A stretch of DNA of 64,000 bases from Antedon mediterranea (Eukaryota; Animalia; Echinodermata): the NCBI RefSeq assembly GCF_964355755.1, contig NC_092677.1, positions 22,617,175-22,681,174 on the forward strand, in the 5' to 3' direction. How positions within the stretch are numbered: the first letter of the stretch is position 1; every line of letters begins with the position of its first letter. This document shows, piece by piece, positions 1 to 11,857 of the stretch. A program made the position numbers and the translations under genes. The notes beneath the pieces were generated by a model. It made no database searches. It had not been told where the DNA came from and worked only from the letters and a program-made list of their open reading frames with translations.

Positions 1-68
1 TTAGGCCTATATTTGTAACTAAGTTAATTGCTGTCTATTTGACTTTATATGACTGTATTGTATCTTAG

Positions 69-3000
69 AAACACTTTGTCCACGCTTAAAAGCACCAGTT
101 AACGCAAATGGGTACTGCAATAGTTTGAAAAAAACTGGGGAAGTATGTAACTTTCAATGTTTAGAGGGTTATGTAAATGTGATTGGTGACGTCAGGCGTG
201 TATGCCAAGCTGATGGGACTTGGTCAGGAAATGATTTATTATGTGGAGGTAAGTTTGTAAAATGAATTTATTAATTATACTTGTGAACAAATACGATAAC
301 CAAATGGTGTTTAAAATTATTGAAAAAGTAAACCAAAAATCCACCATATCCTGGTACTCTTTAGAATTCCGCAGTATCATATAAGCATTCATTAGTACAA
401 TATCACTCACAATTTTAAATTTATTGCCTACAATAAATCTAACTTCAATCATGTAACTTGTGGTGTTCCCCAAGGCTCCTTACTCGGTCCCCTTTTATTT
501 ATTCTGTACATTAACGATATCTATCTTTCTTCCCCATTACTTGATTTTTACCTATACGCTGACGACACAACTGTCACTTATTCTCACCCTGAAATCCAAA
601 CTCTGTTTTATACTACCAACTCCCACCTAGAGATGTTGTCCCAGTACTTTGCTGCTAATAAACTTTCTATGAACCATAAAAAATGTAACTTCATCCTGTT
701 TGGGACTCCCCAGAAGTTAAAAAATGTTGACCCATCACTATACAATATTACCATTGAAAATATAAACATCCCCTCTGTTCAATCAGCAAAATTCTTAGGT
801 GTCCATCTTGACTCTGGCCTGACGTGGAAAACACACATTAATGTAACTGAAAACAAAATTTCCAAAAGCCTTGGTATTATTTTTCGTTTGTCTTCATATT
901 TACCCCCTAATATCCTACGCATCCTGTATTGCTCTATGATTCTTCCCTATTTGAGTTATTGTAATATTGTTTGGTGCAACACATACCCCACAAACCTTAA
1001 TAAATTGCAAACCCTCCAAAAGAAGGCTATCAGAATTATATCTGGCGCGCCTCCGCTTTCCCATTCCTCTCATTTATTTTCTAATCTTAATCTCATCAAA
1101 CTTAATGATATCAATTTAATTCAACAAATCATTTTTGTCTACTCTGCCTTAAACAACATCCTTCCTCATCATCTTGGTTATCTATTTACTTCCAATTCCT
1201 TCTATCATTCCCATCACACACGTACTAAAAATAAATTATTTATACCCTCCCATAGAACAAATTCTTTCCAACATAACATTCGATACTCTGGACCCACCCT
1301 ATGGAACAACCTACCACCCTCCATTTTAAAATCTGCTTCCCCTAAGATACTTCTCTCAAAATTAAAAAAATACACCTTTTCTACTTATTAAATTTTTATT
1401 AATCGTTCATGTCTCGATCTGCAGTACCAACAGATTTTTGTTTTCTGTTATTCATATTTTAGATTATGAAATTTATTATGATTTTCTTCAATGCATTTCT
1501 TTTCTTTTTTATTTGTGTTAAGGCTCGCCCAACACAAGATGTTACAAACATCTTTCAGGGCTTTTGCCTTCATTTTCTGATATACTTTATAATTCTGTAC
1601 AATCCTGTTTCTTGTTTTCCTGCTGTATGTATTCAGATTTTGTAAGTAAATGTCTATTGAATGAATTGAAATCATATAACTCATAGTCTGATATAGTGCA
1701 CAATTTTTACCATTGGTCTTAATATGATTTTTGTGTGAGACATACGTTGATACATCTAAAACCTGAAATTAGGATCAATGTAAAGCTGATAAATCATACT
1801 ATACATTGATTTAAAGTCATTTGAGTCATTATTTTACAAGATATATGGAAAATAATCTCATTTTTACCATTTTTGGTAAAATTTCATTTTTTTTATTTTA
1901 ATGAATAAAAAATATTTTTGTAACATACAGTACGCTTGAATTTTTAAAACTTTTAAAAACTGCCGTAACTATATGGAAGTGGATATCAAAAAGAATAAAA
2001 TTTGTGTTACAATTAGAGCTTGGATGTAAAATACTGATTTTATTCATTTTTTGGTAAAAATCGCAAAAATGCTATCTGGTCGTAGAGCGATAAATCCTAC
2101 ATTAAATTAAAGCCAATAATAATATTTATATTCATTGTAATGGACGTTTTTTTCATAAATCATAAGTTACCATAACTTTGGAAAATATTTATTTTCATTC
2201 ATTTTTGGTTAAAAGTTTCAATAAATGCTATCTCGTGAACTACTTGTCGTAGAATACTAAATTAGACAATAAATGAATATCAGTGACAATCTATAAAGTA
2301 TGGTTAATTCTGACATAGGCGAACACAATGGAAAAACTTGGGGATAAATCTCCGCCTTGGATACCTGAATGAAATTTTACCAAAAAATGGAAAAAATTAG
2401 ATTATTTTCGTTTCCATATATTTTGTAAAATAATGACTCAAATGACGTTATTTGACAATCAATGTGTAGTATGATTTATCAGCTTTACATTGAGCCTAAT
2501 TCCAAAAGAATTGATGCATTTCATCAAATACTGTGCCATGAAATAAAGATATTTGTAAAATTGCGTGAAAAACAGGTCATTTACCTCTGACCCGAAAGTG
2601 CATCACCAGAATCACTTAAGAATTGGGTTTTCAGATGTACCAACGTATGTCTCACACAAAAAAATCATATTGAGACCAATGGTAAACATTGTGCACTAAA
2701 TCGACTCATCTCTCAGACTATAACCTAGCCGGCCAAACATGATACATACACAACATGTGATACACATGTAAAATTCTGTATTACTTAATTTCCCTATGAT
2801 CTCCTTGGCAAATATGGTTGTATGAATCCGATAAAAATCATCAGTTAAAAATTGATTGTTATAATTATATCAGAGATCAGATCAGATATAAAAAAAAATT
2901 GATCCACAATTTTTAAAATGTATTTAACTTTTCAGCTATTACTTGTCAAGCATTGGCTCTGCCAGCGTTTTCAAATGGTGATCAATGTCCTCAACCGTCT

Positions 3001-4968
3001 GTCTTCCGTTCAACTTGCTCTTTCAGTTGTCAGCAAGGAAGTAAAAAAGTTGGTGGAAATGAAACCAGGGTATGCCAAGAGGATGGAACATGGTCTGGAC
3101 AGGCCTTATCCTGCTCAGGTATCTATTATGCACTATAGAGCAGCGTTACGCAACCTTTTTTGACGGCGTCCCTCTGATCCTAATTTGTGAATTCTTGCGA
3201 CCCAAAATTCCACATTTGAGCCACTTCCCCAACCCCTACCTAAGTTGGGACCTTTGTCAAAGCGGATGGCTGTAAATGGTACTCTCGCATGTAAAAATCA
3301 TTATAAATGGCACCTCTAGTAGTAAGTCTAAAAAGGGCCTCTCTGTGAAAAATATAGAAGCAAGTGTTTCTCAACTGATATCTGTTATACAGGGTCTATA
3401 TATCGATTTTTCAAAATGGCCGCCATAAAATACAGATTTATACTCTTCTCAACCTCTACATCGTGTATGGACGTGATTTTAGTGACAACGTATATTAAGG
3501 GTCAAGGAATCCAACTACAGCATTTTTTAAAGTTCACTTTATGGCCACCATTTTTTTTTTAATGGGCGCCATAAAGTACAGGTTTTAATTTCTCAGCTTC
3601 AATATAAAACTGAGTGGTGGTTTGATGGTTACAGAATAAAAATTCAGCATTCTAAAATACAGAGTCGTAAAGTGATCAGATAAAATTCAGTATGTACCGT
3701 AGGATGGGGTTCCATGTTAAGGGAACCACACTGATTACGACCGGAGAGATACGTAAGACGATTTCAGTTCTATTATGTTCTGTAACTATCACTCGTGAAA
3801 CCAACAAACAAGATATTCTAAACTTAGACATTTTAAGATATTTTCCAAAGACATAATATAGAAGCAGTTTAGAGTACAAACAACTAGGTTACAAAAATGG
3901 ATAAAACAATTAAGTAAAAGATCTTATGTCACTGAATACACTGGAAGATCAACACTATAGTCGCCATAACTGGTTTGCATTTATGCACAAATGTATATCT
4001 AGCTGTTCATCTGCCAGTCAGGATAACCTATGATCAACCAATGTGAGTTAAAGAAATGCAGCTCTAACTACCTGCTGCAGATAGTTAGAGCTGCATTTGT
4101 TGTCAGACCCGGCGTACAGTAGTTTACTATTGACTATATGTAAGTTAAGTTCAGAGTAATTTCTGAAAAAAAAAGCCTAATCTACACTGCATATTTGTAA
4201 TCATTAGGGTGCGGAACTGTTACATCCCCAGAAACTGTATTGCATCAGAAAAGGCGAGATGAAGGTTTACAAGTTGTAAGCAGACGGGATTCCGTAAGAG
4301 GGTCCGCGCCATGGATGGTACGTCTTTACCATTTTCGCAAAAATAAGAATTTCTGCGGTGGATCAATTTTAAATTCAGAATGGATAATAACAGCAGCACA
4401 TTGCATCAACGGCCTGATTTCAGTAAAGAAGAAGAATACCATTATTCGCCTTGCTGACAATCACCGTGATTATTACAGAATTAGGAAGTTGGTTACACAC
4501 GTCGATTTTAATGCTAACACTTACAACGCTGATATTGCTATGATAAAACTGGAAACACCTATTTCAAACTTTACAGATTACGTTCGACCTATATGCTTAC
4601 CGACAAACAATCTAACTTCTAAAATAATGAAAAGGGGTCAACTTGGTCGGGTAAACGGTTGGGAAAGAGGCGGTCAAACACCACAGTTGAAGGAAATGTA
4701 TTTACCTGTTGTTCGTCAAAGAAAGTGCATCACTTCAACAAAGCATACAGTGACACGTAAGATGTTCTGTGCTGGATACGCACAGAAAGGAACCAATGCG
4801 TGCAATGGAGAAGATGGCGGGTCATTTTCAATTTTTCGTGATAACCGATGGTATTTGTTCGGGATAGTTAGTTGGGGTGAAGATTGTTCTCAACCAGGTA
4901 AATATAGATTTTACACTAGAATTCCAGCATTTTTGGATTGGATTGATAAAATAATTATTGAAGGATAG
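69..4968 (+). CDS. 3' part of a multi-exon CCP(sushi)-CCP-trypsin-like serine protease homolog (MASP/C1r/s-like C-terminal layout, predicted catalytically inactive); 5' exons lie outside the window
   Basis: Exons 69-248 (TLCPRLKAP...CNFQCLEGY...RVCQADGTWSGNDLLC) and 2936-3118 (ITCQAL...CSFSCQQG...RVCQEDGTWSGQALSC) are phase-1 four-Cys sushi modules with AG/GT ends. Exon 4208-4968 encodes the CG linker plus a whole trypsin fold (FCGGSIL, TAAHC, DIAMIKL, PICLP, MFCAGY, GIVSWG), but has GEDGG in place of GDSGG. AATAAA near 5017. Confidence 0.88.
364..1680 (+). mobile_element. 5'-truncated non-LTR retrotransposon (CR1/L2 group), RT C-terminal part, in an intron of the CCP-protease gene
   Basis: Reads VTCGVPQG.LLGPLLFILYIND at about 452-520 and YADDT at about 555, then ORF 633-1391 (KFLGVHLDSGLTWKTHI...LWNNLP). 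A T-rich 3' UTR ends in (TGAA)-like repeats near 1655-1670. Confidence 0.9.
1684..2720. mobile_element. Non-autonomous DNA transposon / foldback element with long (about 200 bp) inverted ends
   Basis: Left end tagtctga..tagtgcacaatttttaccattggtcttaatatgattttttgtgtgagacatacgttg mirrors right end caacgtatgtctcacacaaaaaaatcatattgagaccaatggtaaacattgtgcacta..tcagacta. A second inverted block pairs about 1770-1890 with about 2370-2500. Confidence 0.85.
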
Positions 4969-5603
4969 ACTATCATAGTGATGGTGTAACTGATTATGAG
5001 TCGCAAACTTTGCAAAAATAAAATAAAGGGATTTATATGTATTAAGTAGGTCCTAATAGTATTTCTTTCGTAGGCCTATACATCTTAGAATTCAGCGATG
5101 AAAAGCATATGCTTTCTTATTGAGCTAATCAGAAAAGGATCAGTAAGGTAGTTTAGGCTAAACAAATCTTAACTTTTTGCTGCGTGTTGAATGTCAGTGT
5201 TATAATTATTATTTACATTTAACATTATATTTTTATTTATATATATATACCAAACATAAGCAAGTAAACAAGTTATATAAAAATCATATGCAATTTATAA
5301 TACTCATGTATCGTTAATAATAGTAATACAAAATAATAACATATTAAGTTGTCTTAATGTTACTAACTGCTTTACTAAGATTAGAATTCTAATTACAATA
5401 ATATATCAATTGGTAAAAGCAAACATTGTGTTCTGGTTTTGTTGAATTTAAACAAGGCAATCCAACTGAGCTCGGCCACCAGATCAATTAATATTTTACC
5501 TGTAGTTTAGAAACGATCAGTCTCCTCCCCCTAAACGCTTGACTGATTTTTGATTGGCCAATTGGCGTGTCAAATGTTTAACATACACCAGTGGGTACAA
5601 AAA

Positions 5604-6285
5604 CATGTCCGACGTGAAGTTGGTTACTAGTTCCTTATTCAAATTCAATTAAAGGGACAGTCACAAATATTTTTAAAAACAGATTTCAATACGTAGTAAA
5701 TATTAAGTGTTATAAGATTCGTAAAAGCCAGTTAGTTATTCGCCGTAGAAAAGGCGTAGATGCAAAAAAGTTCGCGGAACTCGGGTGACAAATGGTAGAG
5801 TAGGTAAAGGGTCATCGATCCATACCAAATATTTTGAAAATATTAAGTAGGTCAAGTGTTATAACCTTTGTAAACCAAGTTACTTATTCGCCATACAGGG
5901 CGTAGATGCAAAAATAGTTCCCAGAACTAGGGTGGCAAATGGTAGAGTAGGTCAAGGGTCATCGATCCATAGTTACTTATTCGCCGTAGAGGGCGAAGAC
6001 GCAAAAAAATTCGCGGAACTAGGGTGGCAAATGGTAGAGTAGGTCAAGGGTCATCGAGTGTTATAACGTTCGTAATAAGTAGTTACTTATTCGCCGTAGA
6101 GGGCGTCAATGCATAACATGTTATTGAACTTTGACCGGAAGAAGTAGAGGAGTTCAAGGCTAACATGTTGATGCAATAACAACTCAATTAGACAGTTATT
6201 ACTTATTGAAATTTGTTTTTAAAAATGTCCCTTTAATTGAATTTGAATAAGGAACTAGGAACTAGTAACCAACTTCACGGACATG
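5604..6285. mobile_element. MITE with about 55-bp TIRs, an 8-bp TSD and an internal tandem repeat
   Basis: TIRs catgtccg..gtgaagttggttactagttccttattcaaattcaattaaagggaca / tgtccctttaattgaatttgaataaggaactag..taaccaacttcacggacatg. Flanks tacaaaaa / taccaaaa. Three to four internal copies of agttacttattcgccgtagagggcg..gaactagggtggcaaatggtagagtaggtcaagggtcatcga. Confidence 0.85.
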
Positions 6286-6439
6286 TACCAAAACATCCAT
6301 AATCCGTACACTTATTTATGTCTTGCTTTAATCCAAAGCCCTTCCCACTTTCCAATACAAATTAAACAATATCGGAATTAAGAAGAACGTCCATGGAGAA
6401 AAAAAATGAAAAACTTAAAGAACTGTTAAATCTGAAATA

Positions 6440-6900
6440 TTGTGTCTACTTTGATCAAATCAATTTTAAAAATTAGATACCTATTCATATTCGTAAAAAA
6501 ATCACACAAAAGCGACACAATTGATCATTCGATCTTACTACAGTATCTAAACTTTATCACTGTGGTATTCGCGGGACTCTCTACTCTGTTCTCTCTAACT
6601 ACTGTACCTCCAAAACCAAACCCAAATCACATCATTTAAAATGAAGGACTGGAAGCGTCACATCAATACCATTTCTAACACTAATAAATAAATTTCAAAT
6701 TCATTTTTCCTCCAAACACTTTACTTTCTTTTATTCCGCTCATCTTAATTACTGTCACATTGCTTGGACTGGCACACATTATAAACACCAAAGACTTTCT
6801 CCATTACAAAAAAGGCGATTATCATCTGTACCTCTTTTCTACAAGTTAAAACATCGTTCAGTGACATAAATAAATTACAGACCGCTTTGTCAATGTACAA
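6440..6900 (+). mobile_element. Heavily decayed LINE RT fragment
   Basis: Remnant DTIDHSILL motif near 6515 and a W..HINTIS remnant near 6650; many frameshifts. Confidence 0.5.
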
Positions 6901-7714
6901 ATATAGTAAACATTTAGGGAGTCAGACTAATGGTGGGTTTCACCGGTTATTTTGCGCTGCCTTTTAACAGGTTATAACAAATTTGTCCTGTTTATGCTCC
7001 AAAGAAAATTGAGTTAATTTATTCACACCGATTTTAACCGGTTATTTTTATGCAGCAGAAACAGGCCCTTAATTTTCATCGGAAGTCATTGCATTCAGGT
7101 GTTACATAAGAGTAATTCAAAGGAAAAAAGCATAGTAGGGCCTATTCCTGACATTAGGAGCAATAAGGCCAAAGTTTTTAATGAATAAGTGTTCTATAAG
7201 GATTGTCTTACTGGGGATGTTGTTATTTGTTTCTACTATTAATAAGAAGATTGATGCCATTATTGATTCTGTGATGTTGTAACCATTAAGTAATTAAACT
7301 AAACTTAAAATGCTGGACATTAGCAAAGCAAGTGGCCCAAATTCATTAACAAATGTTGCTAATGAATGCTAAAAGAAATAGAGGAAACGTTAAAAACAAA
7401 TTGTTGGCATGGGGAAGAGCAGAAGTTTCTACTTTGTTCTGTGCAAGATTATGCAGAAGATAGTTATTCATAAACATCTACAGAAATACAAGTTAATAAA
7501 ATAACGATACGTTTTTCGTAGTGGTTTTTCTATTCAGTTACTTGATGTATTCAACCAATGGATTCTGTGGCTTGATATAGAAATCACTCATAGATGGTTC
7601 TCCAATACACAGTAATTTCAGTGTAAAAACAACTGGCAATTTCAAATGTACGTACCACACTGACACGAACGCGATACCCCTATACTATATAAACTATCAA
7701 TTATAGCAAAGAAC

Positions 7715-8440
7715 TTTTTTTTTCTCTTTCGTGGGGCCAACCCACTTTTATTTCATTCTTCATATTACACATTGTAGTTATATATAGAAATTGTATAAAA
7801 TGTCATTAAAAAAATGTTTTAAATATATATATATAAATAAAAATTAAAATAATAATGAAACAATTAAAAATTAATACATGTAATTTTAAGAAATACAAGT
7901 TAATAATTTTCTTTTTACGTTACCCCATTTCTTTTTTGCCTTGTTTATGTTACAAGCATATTGATTTTTTAGCTCAAATCGGAACAAGTTCCAGACGACT
8001 TTTGATCTAATTTTTGAATGCTTTTCTAATGATTTAATAAAATTTGTTTTATAAATACAAAAAGTAAACAATGATAATAATTCATTGACATTTTCACTTT
8101 TTGTTCCAATAACAATGTCTAGCCAATCATGTACGGTTTCTTCAAGTGTATAGCATTTTAGAATCATGTTGTTGAATTTTGTCCATACTTTTTGGATACT
8201 TTAACATTTCAAAAGCATGTGCTTGTCTGTCTCAATTTTGTTTTGGCAGTGTTCGCACATTTCTTCAGGAGATATTTTCCATATCTTCATTCGTTGTTTA
8301 CATGCCAGAATCCGATCATTGTTTATAAATATTTTCTTCCAATTTGAGGGAATTGCATTTACAATCTTAAAATATTCAATTATTCCATGTTGTTGCTCTG
8401 AAAGGGTGGGTATCAATTCTGTCGGAGTCATTAATCTGTG
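7715..8440 (-). mobile_element. 3' end of an L1/Tx1-like LINE (C-terminal zinc-knuckle region plus poly(A))
   Basis: Minus ORFs 8201-8566 and 7886-8167 include AIPSNWK and MCEHCQNKIETDKHMLLKC (CCHC, zf-RVT-like). A poly(T) run at 7715-7723 and tttatt at about 7747 correspond to a poly(A) tail and AATAAA on the minus strand. Confidence 0.75.
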
Positions 8441-8469
8441 ATTAACTATTAAAAGGAAACGTGGGAAAT

Positions 8470-11400
8470 AAGCGAACAGAAGGTAAGAAATTTTATAACA
8501 GACAAGCTTGGACTTAATGCAGAACGCATCGCAATAGAAAGGGCCCATATAATCAATACGAAACAAACCCCAGACCCATTATAGCAAAATTTGCAAACTA
8601 CAAGGAAAATGAGAATATTTTAAAAGAGAGTAGATTATTACAACAAAAACGGAGAAAAAGGCAAAATTACAGAAAAGATGAGCATAGAAGTGTCAGTGAG
8701 GATTATACCAGAAGAGTGAGAACCATCAGAAATAGACTACAACGAAAAATCAAAGAAGCTATAGAAAACAAGAAAAGATTTCGTTTAAGATATGATAAAC
8801 TGATCATCGAAGGAGAGGCTTTTACCTACAATATTGAAATGAATGTCCACCCAATTGGGATAATGATATATATAAAGAAGATAATGAAATAGATAGTAAT
8901 ATAGGTGTTAGAAGTAATGAAGATCAAATAGTCAATGAATATGGAACTAATTTATTTATTAAGTCATTGTAAAGAAACAGGGATGAGAATAGTAAATGGT
9001 AGGATAAATAGGGAATTTATTAGGTGCTTTACTTTTTTAGGAAATTTTGGCAAAAGTGTTGTTGATTATATTATTACTTTTCCAGTTAATTTTGATAAAA
9101 TAATAAGACCAAAAGTGGATATTAGGATAGAATCCGACCATATGCCTTTAGATTTTGAAATTTTATTAGAGACTGAACAAAACAAAAAAGAAATTACGAA
9201 CGATTTAAAAAAAGAAATCTGGAAAACACATGAAACATTTCAATGGTCCGAAACAAAGGTGAATAAAGCCAAGGACAAATGGAATGATGAACAAATTTTC
9301 AAATTTCTTGATGATATTAATGAAAATGTTGAAAAAAAAAAGGATATTGATGAAGCCCTAATTAACCTTTATAGAACTTTAGAATATGTTTACATAAATA
9401 CAAAAAAACAAACACAAATACAAAAAAAAATGCACAAAATTGCCCAAGAATACATGGTTTGATCGTCAATGCATAAAAAAGAAAATTATTATTCGTAGCA
9501 TTCTTAATAAATATAGAAAATACAAAACTAACACCCTATTAAAGGAATATCTGTTAAAGAAAAGGAGTTATAAAAAATTAATAAAATAAAAAAAAAATAA
9601 ACATAAAAATTCATCACAACAAAAATTAATCAGGTTAATAAAGGAACATAACAGTACAAAATTTTGGAAAAACCTTAAAACCAAACGACAACAAAACGTG
9701 ACAAACATTACACTTAAAAAATGGCATGATTAATTCAAAACAATGTTCCAAAATCAAACAAATAATATACAAGAAATCAATATAGAAGACGATAACAATT
9801 GCGAACATAACGATTGTTACAATGAAGAAATCAGCCGGGAAGAGGTAATTTATGCAATTAAAGCACAGAAAAGGGGTAAAGCTCCAGGTATTGATGGATT
9901 CCCAATTGAATTTTTTACTTGTATGCCAAATGCTGCTATTAGCGCAATTACGAAAATTTGTAATAGTATTTTCACCTCTGGAAATTTTCCCCACAATGGG
10001 CAACAAGCATTATTATTCCTATATTTAAAAAAGGTAAAAGAGATCAACCAGCAAATTATAGAGGCGTATCCTTAATATTCACTTTAGGCAAGGTGTTTTT
10101 ATACATTATAAGCAATAGATTAAGCAAATGGACAGAAGAAAATGAAATATTACATCAAGAGCAGGGAGGGTTTAGAAAAGATTGTCGTACTATTGATAAC
10201 ATATTTATTTTAGACACAATTGTTAACAAATATCTCTAAAAAAAACGAGGAACTGTGTACATGGCGTTTATAGATTTAAAACGCGCTTTCTATTCTATTA
10301 GACACGATTTCCTTATAAGTAAACTAAGAAAATCTGGTATAAAAGGTAAAATAATCAAAGTTATAAAAACAACGTATAGTAAACTAAAAGGGCATGTAAA
10401 GGTTGGCAACAAAATTGGAGAATCCTTTAAATGTGAAGTAGGAATATAACAAGGGTCACTTTTATCTTCATTATTATAACTGAGTTATTACATACTGCTG
10501 AAAGTCGAAACAAAATAAAAATTGATAACATAAATATCAGATGATGTATGCAGATGATCTAGTTTTAATCAGTGATACAGTGTACTCATTACAAGATCTT
10601 TTAAATAAACTAGCATATTATTGTAATAGGTGGGGATTGGTAGTTAACATTGACAAAAGTAAAATAATAGTATTTTAAAAAAATGGAAAACTTAAGAACT
10701 AATTAGGAATTATCTTGGTAAAGAAATTGAAATAGTAAAATCTCTTAAATATCTTGTAGTCACTTTCGATTGTTCAGGAAATTGGGAAAAAGCCAGAGAA
10801 CAAAATAATACACAGGCTAATAAAGCACTTTTCTCACTCAAAAATATAATATATCAGAAATATGGATATCTACCAGTGAATATTTGGAACTACTTATTTG
10901 ATGTTAAAATAAACCCAATTATACTGTATGGTAGTGAAATATGGGGAAAACTAAACAACAACAAAATTGATGATATTCAAAATAATTTCTGTAGATATGT
11001 TTTAGGGGTCGGGAAATCAGCCACAAATGTTTCAATTAGAGGAGAATGTGGACGATTCTCTTTATCAATCGAAAGTGTGCTCAATGTTATCCGTTATTGG
11101 GTAAGACTAGTAAATATGAACGAGGACAAATATGCGAAGAAATGTTATAAATCTCAACTTCATAAAACGCAAAATAATAGTAATTGTTGGGTAAGCGATG
11201 TAAAACATATGTTATGCTCTATTGGTCATGGAAACATATGGTTTTCACAAAATAATGTCCTTGATAAATTTTATACAATTAATAAAATAAAAGAAAGGCT
11301 AACCGATATGGAACGCCAATCCTTTCTTGAAAGCATAAATATTTCTTCAAAATTAAGATATTATAAAATGTTCAAAAACAATTTCGGGGAGTAGATGGAT

Positions 11401-11857
11401 ACTTACTACAGACCCTTGATACTAGATATAAGCGAGCTTTAAGTCAGCTAAGACTGGGCACACTTCAACTAGAGGTAGAAAAGGGAAGATAGAAAAGAAT
11501 AGAGCGCAGCAATAGGTTATGTAAAATTTGTAATATAAATGAAGTTGAAGATGAATATCATTTTGTTACAGTTTGCTCTCGTTACAAGGAAATCAGAAAA
11601 AAATTTATACCTTCTTTATTTTTTGAAAATCCAAATACTTTTAAATTCTGCCGTTAATGTCATCACAGGATCCAATAATTATCATGCTTATAAGTTAAGA
11701 TATATGTTTTGCTTAGAGAACGAAATTAATTAATTCATTTATCTTGTGACCATAAATTGCTTTATTTTTCAATGTAATTATTAATTTGTTAATTACTAGG
11801 GGCCAGAGGCCTAAAGTAAATAAAATCAGGCGATAAGCCTGAATGAATGAATGAATG
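8470..11857 (+). mobile_element. Decayed long LINE (ORF1 remnant, AP endonuclease, RT, C-terminal CCHC), tentatively RTE-X-like
   Basis: ORF1-like IERAH..PRPIIAKF at about 8530-8600. Endonuclease motifs SVVDYII and SDHMPL (ORF 8935). RT motifs KAPGIDGFPIEF, NYRGVSL, QGGFRK, AFIDLKRAF and MYADDL (about 10545). C-terminal LRLGTLQLEVEKGR..RLCKICN.NEVEDEYHF...C (about 11450-11585). Tail of AATAAA plus (GAAT)n at 11840-11857. Multiple stops and frameshifts. Confidence 0.88.

Noticed and set aside
633-1391. 252-aa ORF as a host gene or novel RT system
   Set aside because: It is the C-terminal part of a LINE ORF2 preceded by frameshifted RT motifs; a truncated retrotransposon in an intron.
8935-11394. 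Cluster of co-oriented ORFs resembling an operon
   Set aside because: They are consecutive pieces of one frameshifted LINE ORF2.
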